A DNA stretch of 64,000 nt from Octopus sinensis (taxonomy: Eukaryota). The DNA lies in NCBI RefSeq assembly GCF_006345805.1, contig NC_043008.1:8246001-8310000 (forward strand), read 5' to 3'. The notes below the pieces were generated by a model. It saw nothing but the letters and a program-made list of their open reading frames with translations, searched no databases and was not told where the DNA came from. This document shows, piece after piece, positions 26,975 to 39,458 of the stretch. Positions within the stretch are counted from its first letter, which is position 1. The number at the start of each line of letters is the position of its first letter. A program made the translations under genes and the position numbers.

Positions 26975-27114
26975 GAGAGAGAGAGAGAGAAAGAGTGAAA
27001 AAGAGAGAGAGAGAGAAAGAGTGAAAAAGAGAGAGAGAGAGAAAGAGTGAAAAAGAGAGAGAGAGAGAAAGAGTGAAAAAGAGAGAGAGAGAGAAAGAGT
27101 GAAAAAGAGAGAGC
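26975..27114. repeat. 26-bp purine-rich minisatellite x5 (GTGAAAAAGAGAGAGAGAGAGAAAGA)
   Basis: GTG anchor at 26995, 27021, 27047, 27073 and 27099. Confidence 0.9.
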
Positions 27115-27662
27115 TAGAGAGATGCTGCAATTTAAACCATTTTACTTTTTACGGGTTATTCAGATTTACTCAAATTTTCCGACGAATGTTTTAGTTTTTG
27201 TCATGGATTCACGTCCGAAACTTCTTTCTGTATTTTAGATTCCTTTGAAATTCTTCCTACTAACTTTTACTTCATCTATTAACGTTTTTGCATCAATATA
27301 CAATTCTCTGTATTATATTCTTGTAAGAATGTTTGTGATTACCGCTTTACTGAAGCGGATATTTCTCATACATATCTCTTTGAACTTTGACATGATACAG
27401 ATATGCATTAAAATAACTTCCCATTACGTGTGTGTGTGTGTGTTTGAGTGTATTGATAGATAGATGTAAATTTATGAACTAAGAAGATGGAATGAACAGG
27501 CTTTGATTACGAATCATGATGATTGTTTCTGTGCGATTGTAACAGCTGCTTGTTGCTGAGTTTTCCTATCCTACTATTACCTGTATTATTTTATAAATAA
27601 TTACATAAAGAAATATGATCATCTGTGTGCTGGCACGTTTTCAGGTGAGTAGATTTTACAGC

Positions 27663-27711
<49 letters not shown>

Positions 27712-27717
27712 AATATA

Positions 27718-27926
27718 TAACGGGAAGCTTTATGAAAATAGACAAAAGACGAAGGCAGGTGGAAGACAAACGAACAATTGTATTAGTATGGCGCTCAGGA
27801 AATATAAATAAAACAAGTCTTTAACGTTTCGAGCCTACGCTCTTCAACAGAAAGATACACAGAGAGAAAAAAACACAGAAAGAAGGAGAGAAAAAAATGC
27901 GTGCAGTAGCTAACGAATCAACATGG

Positions 27927-27930
<4 letters not shown>
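27718..27930 (-). mobile_element. Short dispersed repeat 'H1' carrying a minimal hammerhead-like motif
   Basis: Homologous to 47985-48137, 54100-54262 and 47010-47120; shares CTGT(T/A)GAAGAGC-N4-GCTCGAAACGT and CCTG(C/T)CTTCGTCTTTTG. Confidence 0.75.
27819..27854 (-). ncRNA. Minimal type I hammerhead-like motif with variant core CUGUUGA
   Basis: CTTT-CTGTTGA-A-GAGC-GTAG-GCTC-GAAAC-GTT-AAAG: stem I and stem II pair; A6 is replaced by U. Confidence 0.5.
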
Positions 27931-27971
<41 letters not shown>

Positions 27972-27976
27972 ATATA

Positions 27977-28026
<50 letters not shown>

Positions 28027-28857
28027 ATATATGAATTAGAAATAAACCACCTTTTAGCAATTCAACAATGTAAAAATTTAATTATACCATAAAGAATAAA
28101 TTAAATATAAGATAAAAACATATACCAATGATTAAGTAATGTACAAAATAAAACGTATATTTTGGGTATTTTACCAAAAATGTCTATATATGTGTCTATA
28201 AATGTGTGTATGTATGTATGTATGCATGTATGTATGTATGTATGTATGTATGTATGTATGTATGTATGTATGTATGTATGTATGAAAATATAATTGGCTG
28301 ACTGGGACATCAGATTTAGCCTTTTAGCTCACGCAAACCTTCGGGATAGAATATATATTTAACAGGCTTTGCTTCCTAGTAAAAAGAAACGTACATTTTT
28401 CTTTTTACTTATTTTAATAACGCGTATTAAATTGACAATACTTATAAAAAAAGCCGTCAAAATCGTTAGAGAATTTCATTATAAGTGTTGGCATGCTTTT
28501 CAAGTTCTTTATCCATTTGTTCACATCCATCCTGTAATAATTTCACAGTGTTCGATAAACCCCGAGTCAATACCTGCATTTTGTTGTCGAGTAACACTTT
28601 TTGCCAGATTAGAAATATATTCTTCAGTAATGAGTAAACGTGAGTAAAGATAAACTTAACACTAAAGAGTGATCAGGTGCATTAAGTTAACTGTCTGATA
28701 ATTTTATCAACTTCTTACGGAATTTCTAAGGCGTTTACAAATTTGGTATCAATATTAAATGAAACGAATTGGGTTTGCCTTCATTATGTGGCATGTTGAT
28801 GTACTTGAAGCACGTGATTATTTTTTCTAATTAATTTTTCATGGTGAGTAGGAAGGA

Positions 28858-29240
28858 GGCGTAAGAGTGGCTGTGTGGTAAATAGCCTACTTACCAACCA
28901 CATGGTTCCGGGTTCAGTCCCACTCCATGGCACCTTGGGCAAGTGTCTTCTACTAAATCCTCTAAGTGGATTTGGTGGGCGGAAACTGAAAGAAGCCCAT
29001 CGTATATATGTATATATGTATCTGTGTGTATGTGATTGTGTGTTTGTATCCCCCCCCCACATCGTTTGACAACCGATGCTGGTGTGCTTACGTCTCCGTA
29101 ACTTAGCGGTTCGGCAAAAGGGTACGACACAATAAGTACTAGGCTTACAAAGAATAAGTCCTGGGGTCGATTTGCTCGACTAAAGGCGGTGCTCTGGCAT
29201 GGCCACAGTCAAATGACTGAAACAAGTAAAAGAGTAAAAT
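28858..29240 (+). mobile_element. tRNA-derived SINE family B (CORE-SINE-like; resembles octopus OR-type SINEs)
   Basis: A box TGGCTGTGTGG, B-box-like GGTTCAGTCCC, CORE-like CCTTGGGCAAGTG, internal (TA)/(TG) linker, tail AAGTAAAAGAG. Confidence 0.9.
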
Positions 29241-31126
29241 AGAAAAAAGATTATAACATTTCAAATATTTTGGGGACATATTATATGTATAAATGATTAT
29301 TTTCACTGCCTTTTGCCACGGAAAAAAGTTCTCGTTTTAGGCAAAAGGTGTTAAATACAACATAGTTAATACTACCCCTTATAAACTGGTAAAGCATTTT
29401 GGACTTCTTTCCTCTTTCAGTATCAGATAACAAGGACATTTGAAGGAAGGCTTAACTGCTTTATAAGAAATAAGTAAACATTGCTTATTGAAAATGTGCG
29501 TCAGCCGTCAAATGAGTACAAAAACGTGGATGGTACGCGAGGTTGTGGTTAGAATAAGTAATGAGGGCGATCTGAACAGATTTTGGTGCTTCTAACACAT
29601 TTTGCCTAAAGCGATAATGCGTCTTTTTGGCAAACTGCGGCGAAAATGCCTCTATACAGTTGGAATTTCTCCCATACATATATGCGACCTGATCTAAAGG
29701 TTATACATTTTTGATATTTTAATTTCTGCATATGTCACGTTGTATGTCAGGCTTAGGAAATATATGAGCGAGTACAAATATTTGTGCGAGCATGCGCTCG
29801 AGTGTTTATATATCTTTGTATTAAAATATCATTCTTGCTTTGTCACGAGGTGAATCAGCCTTTAAGTGGGGAGAGGATGTTCTTAAATCGGAATCCTGGC
29901 TTGAATGCTTACAAACGAATCGATTCAGTGGGATGTACTCAAGGACGTGTCAGTATTGTTAAACGAGGAAACATTCAATCTACCGCCTGGCGTTATTTAA
30001 AATGAAAATCTAAATTTATCAAACAAATACTACACAATGCTTACGCTCTTCGGATTCCTAACTATATTACGGTAAAAGCGATAGAGTTTCGGTCGAAATT
30101 GGAAGAGTGAACGCGCATTTTAACCTCAACAGATATTTGAACGCAGACACAGAAGCCATAATGAACAACGCAAGGAAGTCGTCTCTGCGTATTAAACATA
30201 CTAAATTATAAATATATAGATTTAAATATAGTTTCATCGTGTTAAACTTTGCAAGATCAATATTCTATATTATGTACAATATAACACGATTAAATATGTA
30301 TTAGTGTATTAGAACATATTTCTTTTCAATATTATTTCCATTGAGTATAATTTTTGCCCGTGTTTGTGTAAGTGTGTTATTGCGTGGACGAATGAGTTAT
30401 TTTGTCCGCATGTGTAATAGTGAGAGAAAGAGAGAGGGAGACAGAGAGAGAATTTACTGATATCTTTGATTTCAGACTATGATATGAATTCTGAATATAT
30501 GATCTTATATTGAGTGTTTGTTGCGCCGCTCAACGAAAGATTGTAATTTTGTGTCGGAAAAATACATTTCATTTTCTTATCTATTGAGTATGGTTTTTAT
30601 ATTTCGCAAACTAGAAAAGTCCAAAATGCCGTAACTAAATATTATTGAGTGCGTTCATAATACATGCAGTGGAGGGGAATATGTCCATGTTTCACTGATT
30701 ATACTCATGATGGCAGTCTGTTCTGAAACTCAGACACTATTGAAAACGTAAGAGTTTGAAAAGTTTCTCTTTACTAACGTAATTTTATGTTTAACATTTT
30801 TCTAAAAATTATTATCAAGGAATTTGTTGCCTTTTTACAGAAAATAGCCTGATATGATGTTGTATTTGTAGAGGAATAAAAACCAACGAATATAGTGATA
30901 TTACAACGGAGGTGGTGCGGGGTGAAAAGTTTCTGTCTTTAAAGGTATCGCGAAAGGCCTGATTGTAGGCCAGCTTTCGGAGTTGCTTTGCAGGTTTTAC
31001 AAAAACCGAAGGGCCCCTGCAATAACTGCGTAAATCGGAGACGGGAATATGGTGAATATAATCATAACTAACAGATCCTCCTGTATTTTATTACCCAAAG
31101 CCAAGATATTTCAGCCTCCACCTTAT

Positions 31127-31193
<67 letters not shown>

Positions 31194-31205
31194 CATACAT
31201 ATATG

Positions 31206-31285
<80 letters not shown>

Positions 31286-31340
31286 TATATATTATATATA
31301 TATATATATGTATATGTATATATATGTAAAGAGAGAGAGA
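31127..31340. repeat. (CA)n-(TA)n-(GA)n microsatellite
   Basis: Directly visible. Confidence 0.95.
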
Positions 31341-32364
31341 AAATGGGGAGAAAAATGTTAACTATTTGAAAACCTGAATCGTAAATATAATGCTTTGATA
31401 TAGAAAAAATTGTACTTCTCTGCAGAAGTCGATGACGAAAGCATTTGCTCGACAGGCATAATAATACATCTTCGCTCTGTATATTCATTACAGTTTTCGC
31501 AAATTTCTTTTCTATGCATTTTACTGTTTCTCCTTTGAAGGTAAAATAATAAAAAAAATAAAACAACAACCCTTACTCGTGCTTTTTTCGCTGATCATAT
31601 AGAACTGATATGACCGAAAATGATTGAATGATTGAAGTGGCAAACCTTCGTGCCTTTGGAGTTTGGAATTTCGCCCTTTCAAGCGACGACTATTATATAT
31701 GATGATCGATTGAAAGGATATTCAAGATTGCTTCAATTTATGATAACCTTACTGAACTTCGATTGGTGATAGTTGTTCCCGATCCGTTCTTAGTGTTTGT
31801 TACGTCATATGATGCCAAGTTCATGGTACAATCTCGCCAATATATTCTTGTAATATAAATAAAATTTCTATACCATAAATCCATATGATTTTCATTTTCA
31901 CAAAATACCATACACTCATGCTTATCATGAATGTTTCATTTTTGATTAAAGGTGTTAAACTCTAGTACAAATACTGAAATTTTTAGAAATAGCTATTCAT
32001 TTTCCCGATATATCCTATGACATTTCACTCCAAATTTCTAAATACTGTTATAAGATATTGCTAGTTTTCGCCTTCCTTTTCTGTTCTTCCATGAAAGTAT
32101 ATTTAGAACAGAGAATACAATCCTGATATTTGTGTCCATAGATTCTGTATATAATGTAGAAATTATGAATCATCTAATCATTTTTTTATGAATCATTTCA
32201 TCATCCACTAAAATACTCTCGAACACATTAGAGAGAGTTCATTTATAGCAGTCTATTTAGCAATATATTAACTTTAATTTGATTCTAAATTAAATGTTCA
32301 CATACTTAATATTTTAAAGATACCAATAGCTACAATTAAATAAATTATTGATTTCAAATTTTGG

Positions 32365-32753
32365 CACAGTGCCGGAAATTTTGTGGAGGGGATAATTCAA
32401 TTCCATCTACCTGAGAGTCGAAATCGGAAGAATGAACGCGCATTTATCAACGACGAAAGTATGAAAGGCAAAGTCGACCTGGGCAGAATTTGAACTCCCA
32501 ACGTTAAGACGGATGAAATACCTATTTCTTTACTACCCACAAGGGGCTAAACACAGAGAGGACAAACAAGGACAGACAAATGGATTAAGTCGATCATATC
32601 GACCCCAGTGCGTAACTGGTACTTATTTAATCGACCCCGAAAGGATGAAAGGCAAAATCGACCTCGGCGGAATTTGAACTCACAACGTAACGCAGACGAA
32701 ATACCGCAAAGCATCTCGCCCGGCATGCTAACGATTCTGCCAGCTCGCCACTT
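32365..32753 (-). mobile_element. Dimeric SINE family A (head + A1 unit + A2-like unit)
   Basis: Minus-strand head AAGTGGCGAGCTGGCAGAATCG; the second unit starts at GGTATTTC (about 32520). Confidence 0.85.
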
Positions 32754-33054
32754 AAAAATTATTAATCATCTGTAGATATATTTCACTTTTGTCATGCGGT
32801 TTCCTCCAGAGGTAGGAGGTGTAAGTCTCTTACAATATATATTTTTATAATTTTTATTGCATATATTCACCATACTCCTACCTTGAATATTATTTTCACA
32901 AATATATTTCTGACAAAAAAAAAACGGTACAAGTAAGAAAATCTGCATTTTGCATAATTATCTAAAATTAGCATTCAAAATATGCAGAGTTCTATATTTA
33001 AGTGATGAGGAATTATGTACGTTATTTACATTTGACTTCATCTTGTTTGTTGTT

Positions 33055-33100
33055 AACACGACGTTTCAGCTGATACACCCTACAGCCTTCATCAGGTGTC
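33055..33100 (-). ncRNA. Minimal type I hammerhead ribozyme (intact core, GUC triplet)
   Basis: GACAC-CTGATGA-A-GGCTG-TAGGGTGTAT-CAGCT-GAAAC-GTC-GTGTT: stem I GACAC/GUGUU, stem II GGCUG/CAGCU, palindromic ACGU in place of stem III. Predicted cleavage between 33060 and 33059. Confidence 0.75.
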
Positions 33101-33168
33101 TTGGGGAAATTTTGAACCTGGGTTTTTATTCCTAAAATATTTCTGAATGTTATTACTATTATTATTCA

Positions 33169-33241
33169 GGTAACTCCCTGGAATTGAACTCGGAATCTTG
33201 GGGTTAGTAACCAGCACTCTTAGCCATTACGGCATATAACC
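33169..33241 (-). ncRNA. 73-nt degenerate tRNA-like cassette (Pol III A/B boxes) in the PLE terminal region; not a functional tRNA
   Basis: GGTTATATGCCGTAATGGCTAAGAGTGCTGGTTACTAACCCCAAGATTCCGAGTTCAATTCCAGGGAGTTACC has T8, A14, a D-loop GG, T33-ACT-A37, G53-T54-T55-C56, A58 and C61 at canonical spacing; stems are partly broken. Confidence 0.7.
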
Positions 33242-33271
33242 GTGGGCAACTATGGGGTGAATTTTTAGGGC

Positions 33272-33539
33272 TTATGAATCAAATATTTTCCTATCCTTCT
33301 GTAATACCGGTTCCCATGTGCTATTCATATCTTCACTCGGTCTGCTTAGGAGGTTGTTGTGTCCTAACACATGTGCTGCTTCTTTTAGTTTTCGTATTTT
33401 TCAGTGGTGCTCTCTGTCTATTATTTTAACTTCATCCTACAGGGGGGGGGTCTCCATTCTTCCATACATGATCAACTATACCCGATTTACCAATATCTCC
33501 TTGTGTCACAGCATTGCAATGTTCGTCTACTCTTATTTT

Positions 33540-33542
<3 letters not shown>
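33272..33542 (-). pseudogene. Penelope-like element GIY-YIG endonuclease C-terminal fragment (5'-truncated at (TA)n)
   Basis: KIRVDEHCNAVTQGDIGKSGIVDHVWKNGD [+1 frameshift in G9 run] *DEVKIIDREHH*KIRKLKEAAHVLGHNNLLSRPSEDMNSTWEPVLQK...*; matches the PLE endonuclease tail pattern (R..EH...S...H...W.EVKIID.E..W..R.LKE). Confidence 0.8.
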
Positions 33543-33586
<44 letters not shown>

Positions 33587-34934
33587 TTATAGAAATATTA
33601 TGCCTTCTTAAACTATTCTCATAAATTGGTTATTTATGTCTTGGATAGTTCACTAATCATTTATGCTTCATTGAAATTCTAAGACGTTTCCTGTGTTATA
33701 CTCTCGATGGAAAATTATACAAGGGTGATGGAGTTCTGATGCTGTGTTGCTAACAGCTCATTTCTAAATTATATTGAAGAACCTATGATACTGCACATAC
33801 GACAATATAGACGAAAATATCAATAAATCATTATACCTGTTCGGATATATTAAATTCGAACAATGATATACAATCTTATACAAAACATTGTTTAGATTCT
33901 TAACCACAAAATAATTATAGGCGTTAGGTTCTTTTATTTTAGTAAAAAAAAATGCTGCTAGACAAAAATGGATATAAAAATAATTTAGGAGACAAAATAA
34001 TACAACACTCATAAAATAAATAGTCACATGACACAATAACAATAAACAAACCGTAATGCATAAGCCAATCATATCATGACCGAGAATGAATATAAAGGTT
34101 ATCAAATAAAACACCATACTTTACCCAGACTCATAAAATATGTTTCCTAATATTTTACGAAAATAAAAATTAAAAGTCTCTTCATCCGCTATAATACATA
34201 CATGTAAATATACTTTAAATGACAATTGTATATTTACAATGTGTCTATTACTATAACTGTCCTCTTCATAAATATTTACAAGAGGGTTATAAACTTCACA
34301 GTGTTGAACATAAAATTACAAAATTATTTTGCCGTCCGTCATTTTAAATTTCTGAAATTTTAAATCACACAGCACAGACTACATTTTAATAGAAAAAAAA
34401 TTATTAGCTCCCAAAAGAGCAACTGTATGCAAGATTTACCCTCAGCCCTTGCTATCATTGGAACTTTGTTGAGTAAATGTGGTGTATTAATATGTAAAAA
34501 TAAGGAACAACTTACCACGCATATACAAGATATCCTAATATCAAAATGAAATAAAAAACCGTAAATGGTTTCTATATTTCATTTTTGTTCAAAGATATCT
34601 GAAGTAATCGGCCAGGATGAGGTTCTCTACCATCTTTTGTGCGTAATGGAGTTTGAACAAACATAGAACTGAAGTGATTTCAGTTCTATTGTTAAACTAT
34701 CTGAGGAAAAGTGAGACAAAGAGTCGATAGTGACGAAATAAATATTTGCATGTGTTTGGGATTATAATATCTTACTTAAACACTGTCGGTTTCTGAGTTA
34801 CTGGAGAATCAATAAAATGATAAAGGGTAAAGTGGGGGGCGATCTGACACATATTTATGCCAAACATGTGATTATACGAGTTTTATGTTCTTGGAGTAGT
34901 AGAAAATGCTTATGTCGTATATCATCGTTGTCTA

Positions 34935-34982
<48 letters not shown>

Positions 34983-35066
34983 CACACATACATACATACA
35001 TACACATATATATATATATATACATATACATGCATACAAACTGATACACAAACATACGCACACACG

Positions 35067-35103
<37 letters not shown>

Positions 35104-35225
35104 GTATGTATATATGTATGTATACATATGTGTGCATATGTATATATATATATATATATACACATACATACATTCATACATACATACACACACATACACA
35201 CACACAAATATATATATATATATAT
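34935..35225. repeat. (CT)n/(CA)n/(TA)n compound microsatellite
   Basis: Directly visible. Confidence 0.95.
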
Positions 35226-37599
35226 AGGTTATGAGAGTTAATGGTGTCAAGAAGACCCAAAAGTGACAGCTAATGTTGAGTAAGTTCTACCACTATACTT
35301 TCCCGAAGCTCGCAAGTATCGAGTATGTTTTTGTAAAATAATACATATTCTCTATCAACCACCATTATCCACGAACAAGAAGAAGGAACTCTCGCGTTGA
35401 TGACGCCAGAGATTTGTCCTTCAAATGGACTTTAATCCACTGGTCGCCGATAATCCAGATATAACTTCTTTGGCCTCATTACCCCATACATAAGAGCTTG
35501 ATACCTAACACAAGCCGATTGTATAAACAAGAGACCTGTCCATGGAGACCATTCAGCCTCGTATATTTTCTCTGTATATTTTACTAGAGCACCACCGAAT
35601 CTTAATCGAGGAACTGATTTGGCTATTCTCTCCAAAATATTATGAAATAAAATGAAACACAGTGAATCATCAGTGTATACACAATACCTGTATGCATACA
35701 ACAGACTCTTACACAAACGCACGCGCGTGCATGCTTACACATGTACCAGACTGGTGGATATGCACAGACACCTGATATTAGCTCTCACACCCGCGCACAT
35801 ACAATAGGGTTATTTACAAACACACACACATGCAGGTTATATAGACACAAAAGCATACAGAATATATACATAAATAATCTGCCAGTTATGATCGATTCTC
35901 GAGAGAGAAATGAATACACACATGCAAAATCCACAGGCAGACACACCAGACACACATACACACACAAAAGATGCAAGCGAAACGCGTATATTTGTACATA
36001 AAGACACACATATACACCACAGTTACACATTCACGAGCACAGAACACACGCATACAGACATACAATAAACGGTCCGATATCAACAGAAAACACCTACACA
36101 TCCTGCAGATGCATAATCACACGTACCCGATACGGTCACTTAGATATCAAGTATATATATACACACATATACACAATCAACTGTGATCTGAAGTCGTTAC
36201 ATACTAAAGCCACCTTTCAGCTAGTACCGCTACAAAGATTCTATCCTAGCAGATGGTCCCGAAAATCCAGCTTGGAATGCAGTAAGTGAAGTGATGTTAC
36301 TACCTTAGTGATTATACCTATAGCTCGCGTCAGCTCATAGTTGCCCAATATTGATATGCCATCTTGATCACACCTCATTCGGTTTGTCCGCGTCTTACGA
36401 GATGCGTTCGTTAGACGAGCCAAGAAAATTTCAAGCTACATGAAGACAAATCAACTTGTTATTGAATAAATAAAGAAATAAATTAATGATATACATACAT
36501 ACTTCAATATATAGATATATAAATAGATAGACAGATAGATACATACATACATGCATACATACATACATACATACATACCAACACACATGTATACATTATG
36601 AGTAAACTGTTGTAAGGAAAATGACTGGATGAGGGAGAAGAAGAAGAAAGATGTAAGAATTTGCGTATGGTCGGATATCGTTCTGTGACACAGAGATGTC
36701 TTGTGAAGTATATATGTTTTTATAGGTCTTTGAACAACGTTGGATAAAATAAGTGCGTAGTGATTTATTAAGAAATTCCCCGTATATTAATTAGTTGGAA
36801 TTTTCTAATTCATTGCGCTCTCTCCACCAAATGTAGCTGACAAGTTCCACTAATGGATAAGATGGCGTTCTTATCACACTGAAATCACTAACGGTTGCTA
36901 TGACTAAGGTTACCGTAGAACTCTATGTTCAGTAGTGGTGTTTGTGCTTGCTATGCGATTCTGTAAATGAAATTAAATGGATAAAGGTTTTGATGAAAGC
37001 CAACGAACAACAACAAAAATAGAGAAATAATTATGAAAATAAACAAAATCGAATTTTAATTAGCGTTTCTGCTAGTTTTGCCTATTTGTTTTCCTGTTTT
37101 CTTATTGATTTCGATTTAAAAGATATAAAAGATGCACACTTAGGTCGAACAGACGAGGTAAACGATCGATTGTATAGCATTTATTAGCGTCTTCACTTAT
37201 AAAGGTTTTATATTATATTCTCCTGCAAAATTAAGAAGCCGGAATCTGATTATGATGCTAATCACGCTGAGGATGACGGCGACAACGATGGCAGTTTCTG
37301 CTGATTAAGAAAGAAGGGATCAAGATAATGAATATATTGATACAATGATGATCGTGGCGATATTGGGGACGCTGATATTAAAGGAGATTATAGAGACAAT
37401 AACGACGCCTGAAACACTGACGCTGGATTTGCTGTCGGCGATGCGGTGTTGCCAATGTCGATCAGCAAGGAAGCATGTTTATAATACAGATTAGAAGGAG
37501 AAATATGAGTGTGAGTTGGTGTGTGTGTGTATGTGTGTGTTTATATGTGTGTCTGCCTGGAAATGTGTGCAAGCGTGCTCCACTTTGTCAACTATGAAA

Positions 37600-37624
37600 T
37601 ACTACTACTGCTACTACTACTACA

Positions 37625-37691
<67 letters not shown>
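37600..37691. repeat. (CTA)n microsatellite
   Basis: Directly visible. Confidence 0.95.
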
Positions 37692-38136
37692 GAAGTAGTA
37701 GTGCTGCTGCTACAATTAATGTCACTACTAGTGTTTCTGCTACTAATAATAATTATGTTGATTGGTTTGATACTACAGAGGGGCATCGATCGAGGGAAAC
37801 AGCTTACAATCTGAATGGAGCTTAACATAAAATGATGAGGGAAGAAAAAAGAAGAGAATGTAGGAGATGAGCTAATAAAAGTATACAAAGCACGTTGTAT
37901 TCAGTAAGATGGGATCAAAATTTAATCCTTATCACTGAAGCAACAATATCGTGTAATGTTGCTGCTTTGCGGTCCTAGGGACTGCCTCCATATTTTCAGC
38001 ACACTCGCTTTTAGATTTTAGAAGCTTGCTCCCGAATCTGTTCTTTTCGTATCATAGTTGCTGCTATTGATGTGGATGTTGATTTTGTATCGTCACTACT
38101 AGGGTTGGGGGGGGGGCATTTCATTTCTGACATTTC

Positions 38137-38600
38137 CTAAATCTCAAGAATCTTCTTTGGGATTCATGTAAGATGCAGGATTGCTCTTTTCTGTTTTACA
38201 AGCATGCGACTCTTAATTACAAAATCCATAAGCCTCTCAAGTAGCTGTTTGGATGTTCGACCGAGTACGCCAATTACCATAGAAATAATTGTCACCTTAG
38301 ACCAGTAGTTTTGAACCTGGGGTCTGTGGAACCCTGGTGTTCCGCAAAGATAATACTGGGTTCCGTGAACTAAATTCAAAATTTTATATATATATATATA
38401 TATACAAGGATAATCATATCACGAGGGATCCATTGGAAAACTCATTTAAATAAATAGAGTTGGGGGCCACTGTTTGCAACTATTTTTAAAAAGATGGGAA
38501 ACATTGTCTTCGGCAATCATTAAATTGCTTTGCCTAGGTCCAGATATTTCTCAATGTTTTCGATTTCTTTGATATCCATTCTATTATTATTCTTAATACG
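38137..38600 (-). pseudogene. R4/Dong-like RLE C-terminus interrupted by a MITE
   Basis: NRMDIKEIENIEKYLDLGKAI (about 38520-38590), then after the insertion SKVTIISMVIGVLGRTSKQL...KQKRAILHLT*IPKKILEI* (38300 to 38137). Confidence 0.65.
38303..38472. mobile_element. hAT-like MITE remnant
   Basis: Termini CAGTAGTTTTGAACCTGGGGTC...AGTTGGGGGCCACTG resemble CAGTG-type hAT TIRs, and the element splits a LINE ORF. No TSD found. Confidence 0.4.
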
Positions 38601-39458
38601 AAATTTTTCAGATGTTTGTAAGTTCATAGAGTGAGAGAAAAATTAGTGTTCTTTTCATGAAATTGTGTATTCTGTATTGTTTTCATTTCAAAACACATTT
38701 CATTTCTTCTGGTTAAGACTGTAATTGAAGGAGCATGACTTTGCTATTCCCTCGCCAGTTCAGAGTTTCCTTCTAAAATCTAAGAGCTTCACAATGATTA
38801 CAGTAAGTATTCATGTCAGCAATGTATTCATCTGCTAAGTAGCCAGTTAGCAGTTTACAGTTTTGTTTTTTTTTAACTTCTCTCTCATTTTCACTTTAGA
38901 TTCTATCTTGAACACGTTCCCTCATCAGTTGTAAGTACTCACTTAGAATCATATTCTACCTTTTTACACGCTGACGGTCCCATACTTGTTCTAGTGATTC
39001 GACCCTCTGTTCCATTTTTCATAGTTGCCTATATAGTCTTATTCTTTCTCTTTGTTAGCTTATATCATCTTACATCCATATTTTATAAACAAATATCAAT
39101 TTTCAAACGAAAAATAGTATCAGTTATGCGCATGCGTTAAGTGATAGGTCATGCAAAAAGCATTTAATTCAATTTAAAGCGATATCTCCAACGCCATCAC
39201 CAGCAAGAGTACCACCACCACCATCAGAACCTCTCTTCTATTTCTAACTCTATATAACTCCCTTCAAATCTTTAACCACATAATTAATTATTACTTACCC
39301 CTTACCTCACGTTTTACCCCTTCTCCCCCTCTCTTTCTCTTCTTGCTCTTCACCTTTCCCTTCAGCTAATCACATGACAGCGTAACGCGTTTCCTCCTTA
39401 GCGTATTAATATATAAACTATCTGGTTCCGTGCCGTCATCAGGCTTTTTCTTCCGGCC

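Noticed and set aside
33169-33241. Functional tRNA-Ser(ACT) gene
   Set aside because: Acceptor, anticodon and T stems are largely unpaired and it lies within a retroelement; kept only as a tRNA-like cassette.
35432-35722. 96-aa minus-strand ORF of ordinary composition
   Set aside because: No recognisable domain, starts in low-complexity DNA, weak splice signals.
39385-39445. Hammerhead-like CTGATGA...GAAACGCGT on the minus strand
   Set aside because: Stems I and II cannot be formed convincingly; at best a decayed relic.
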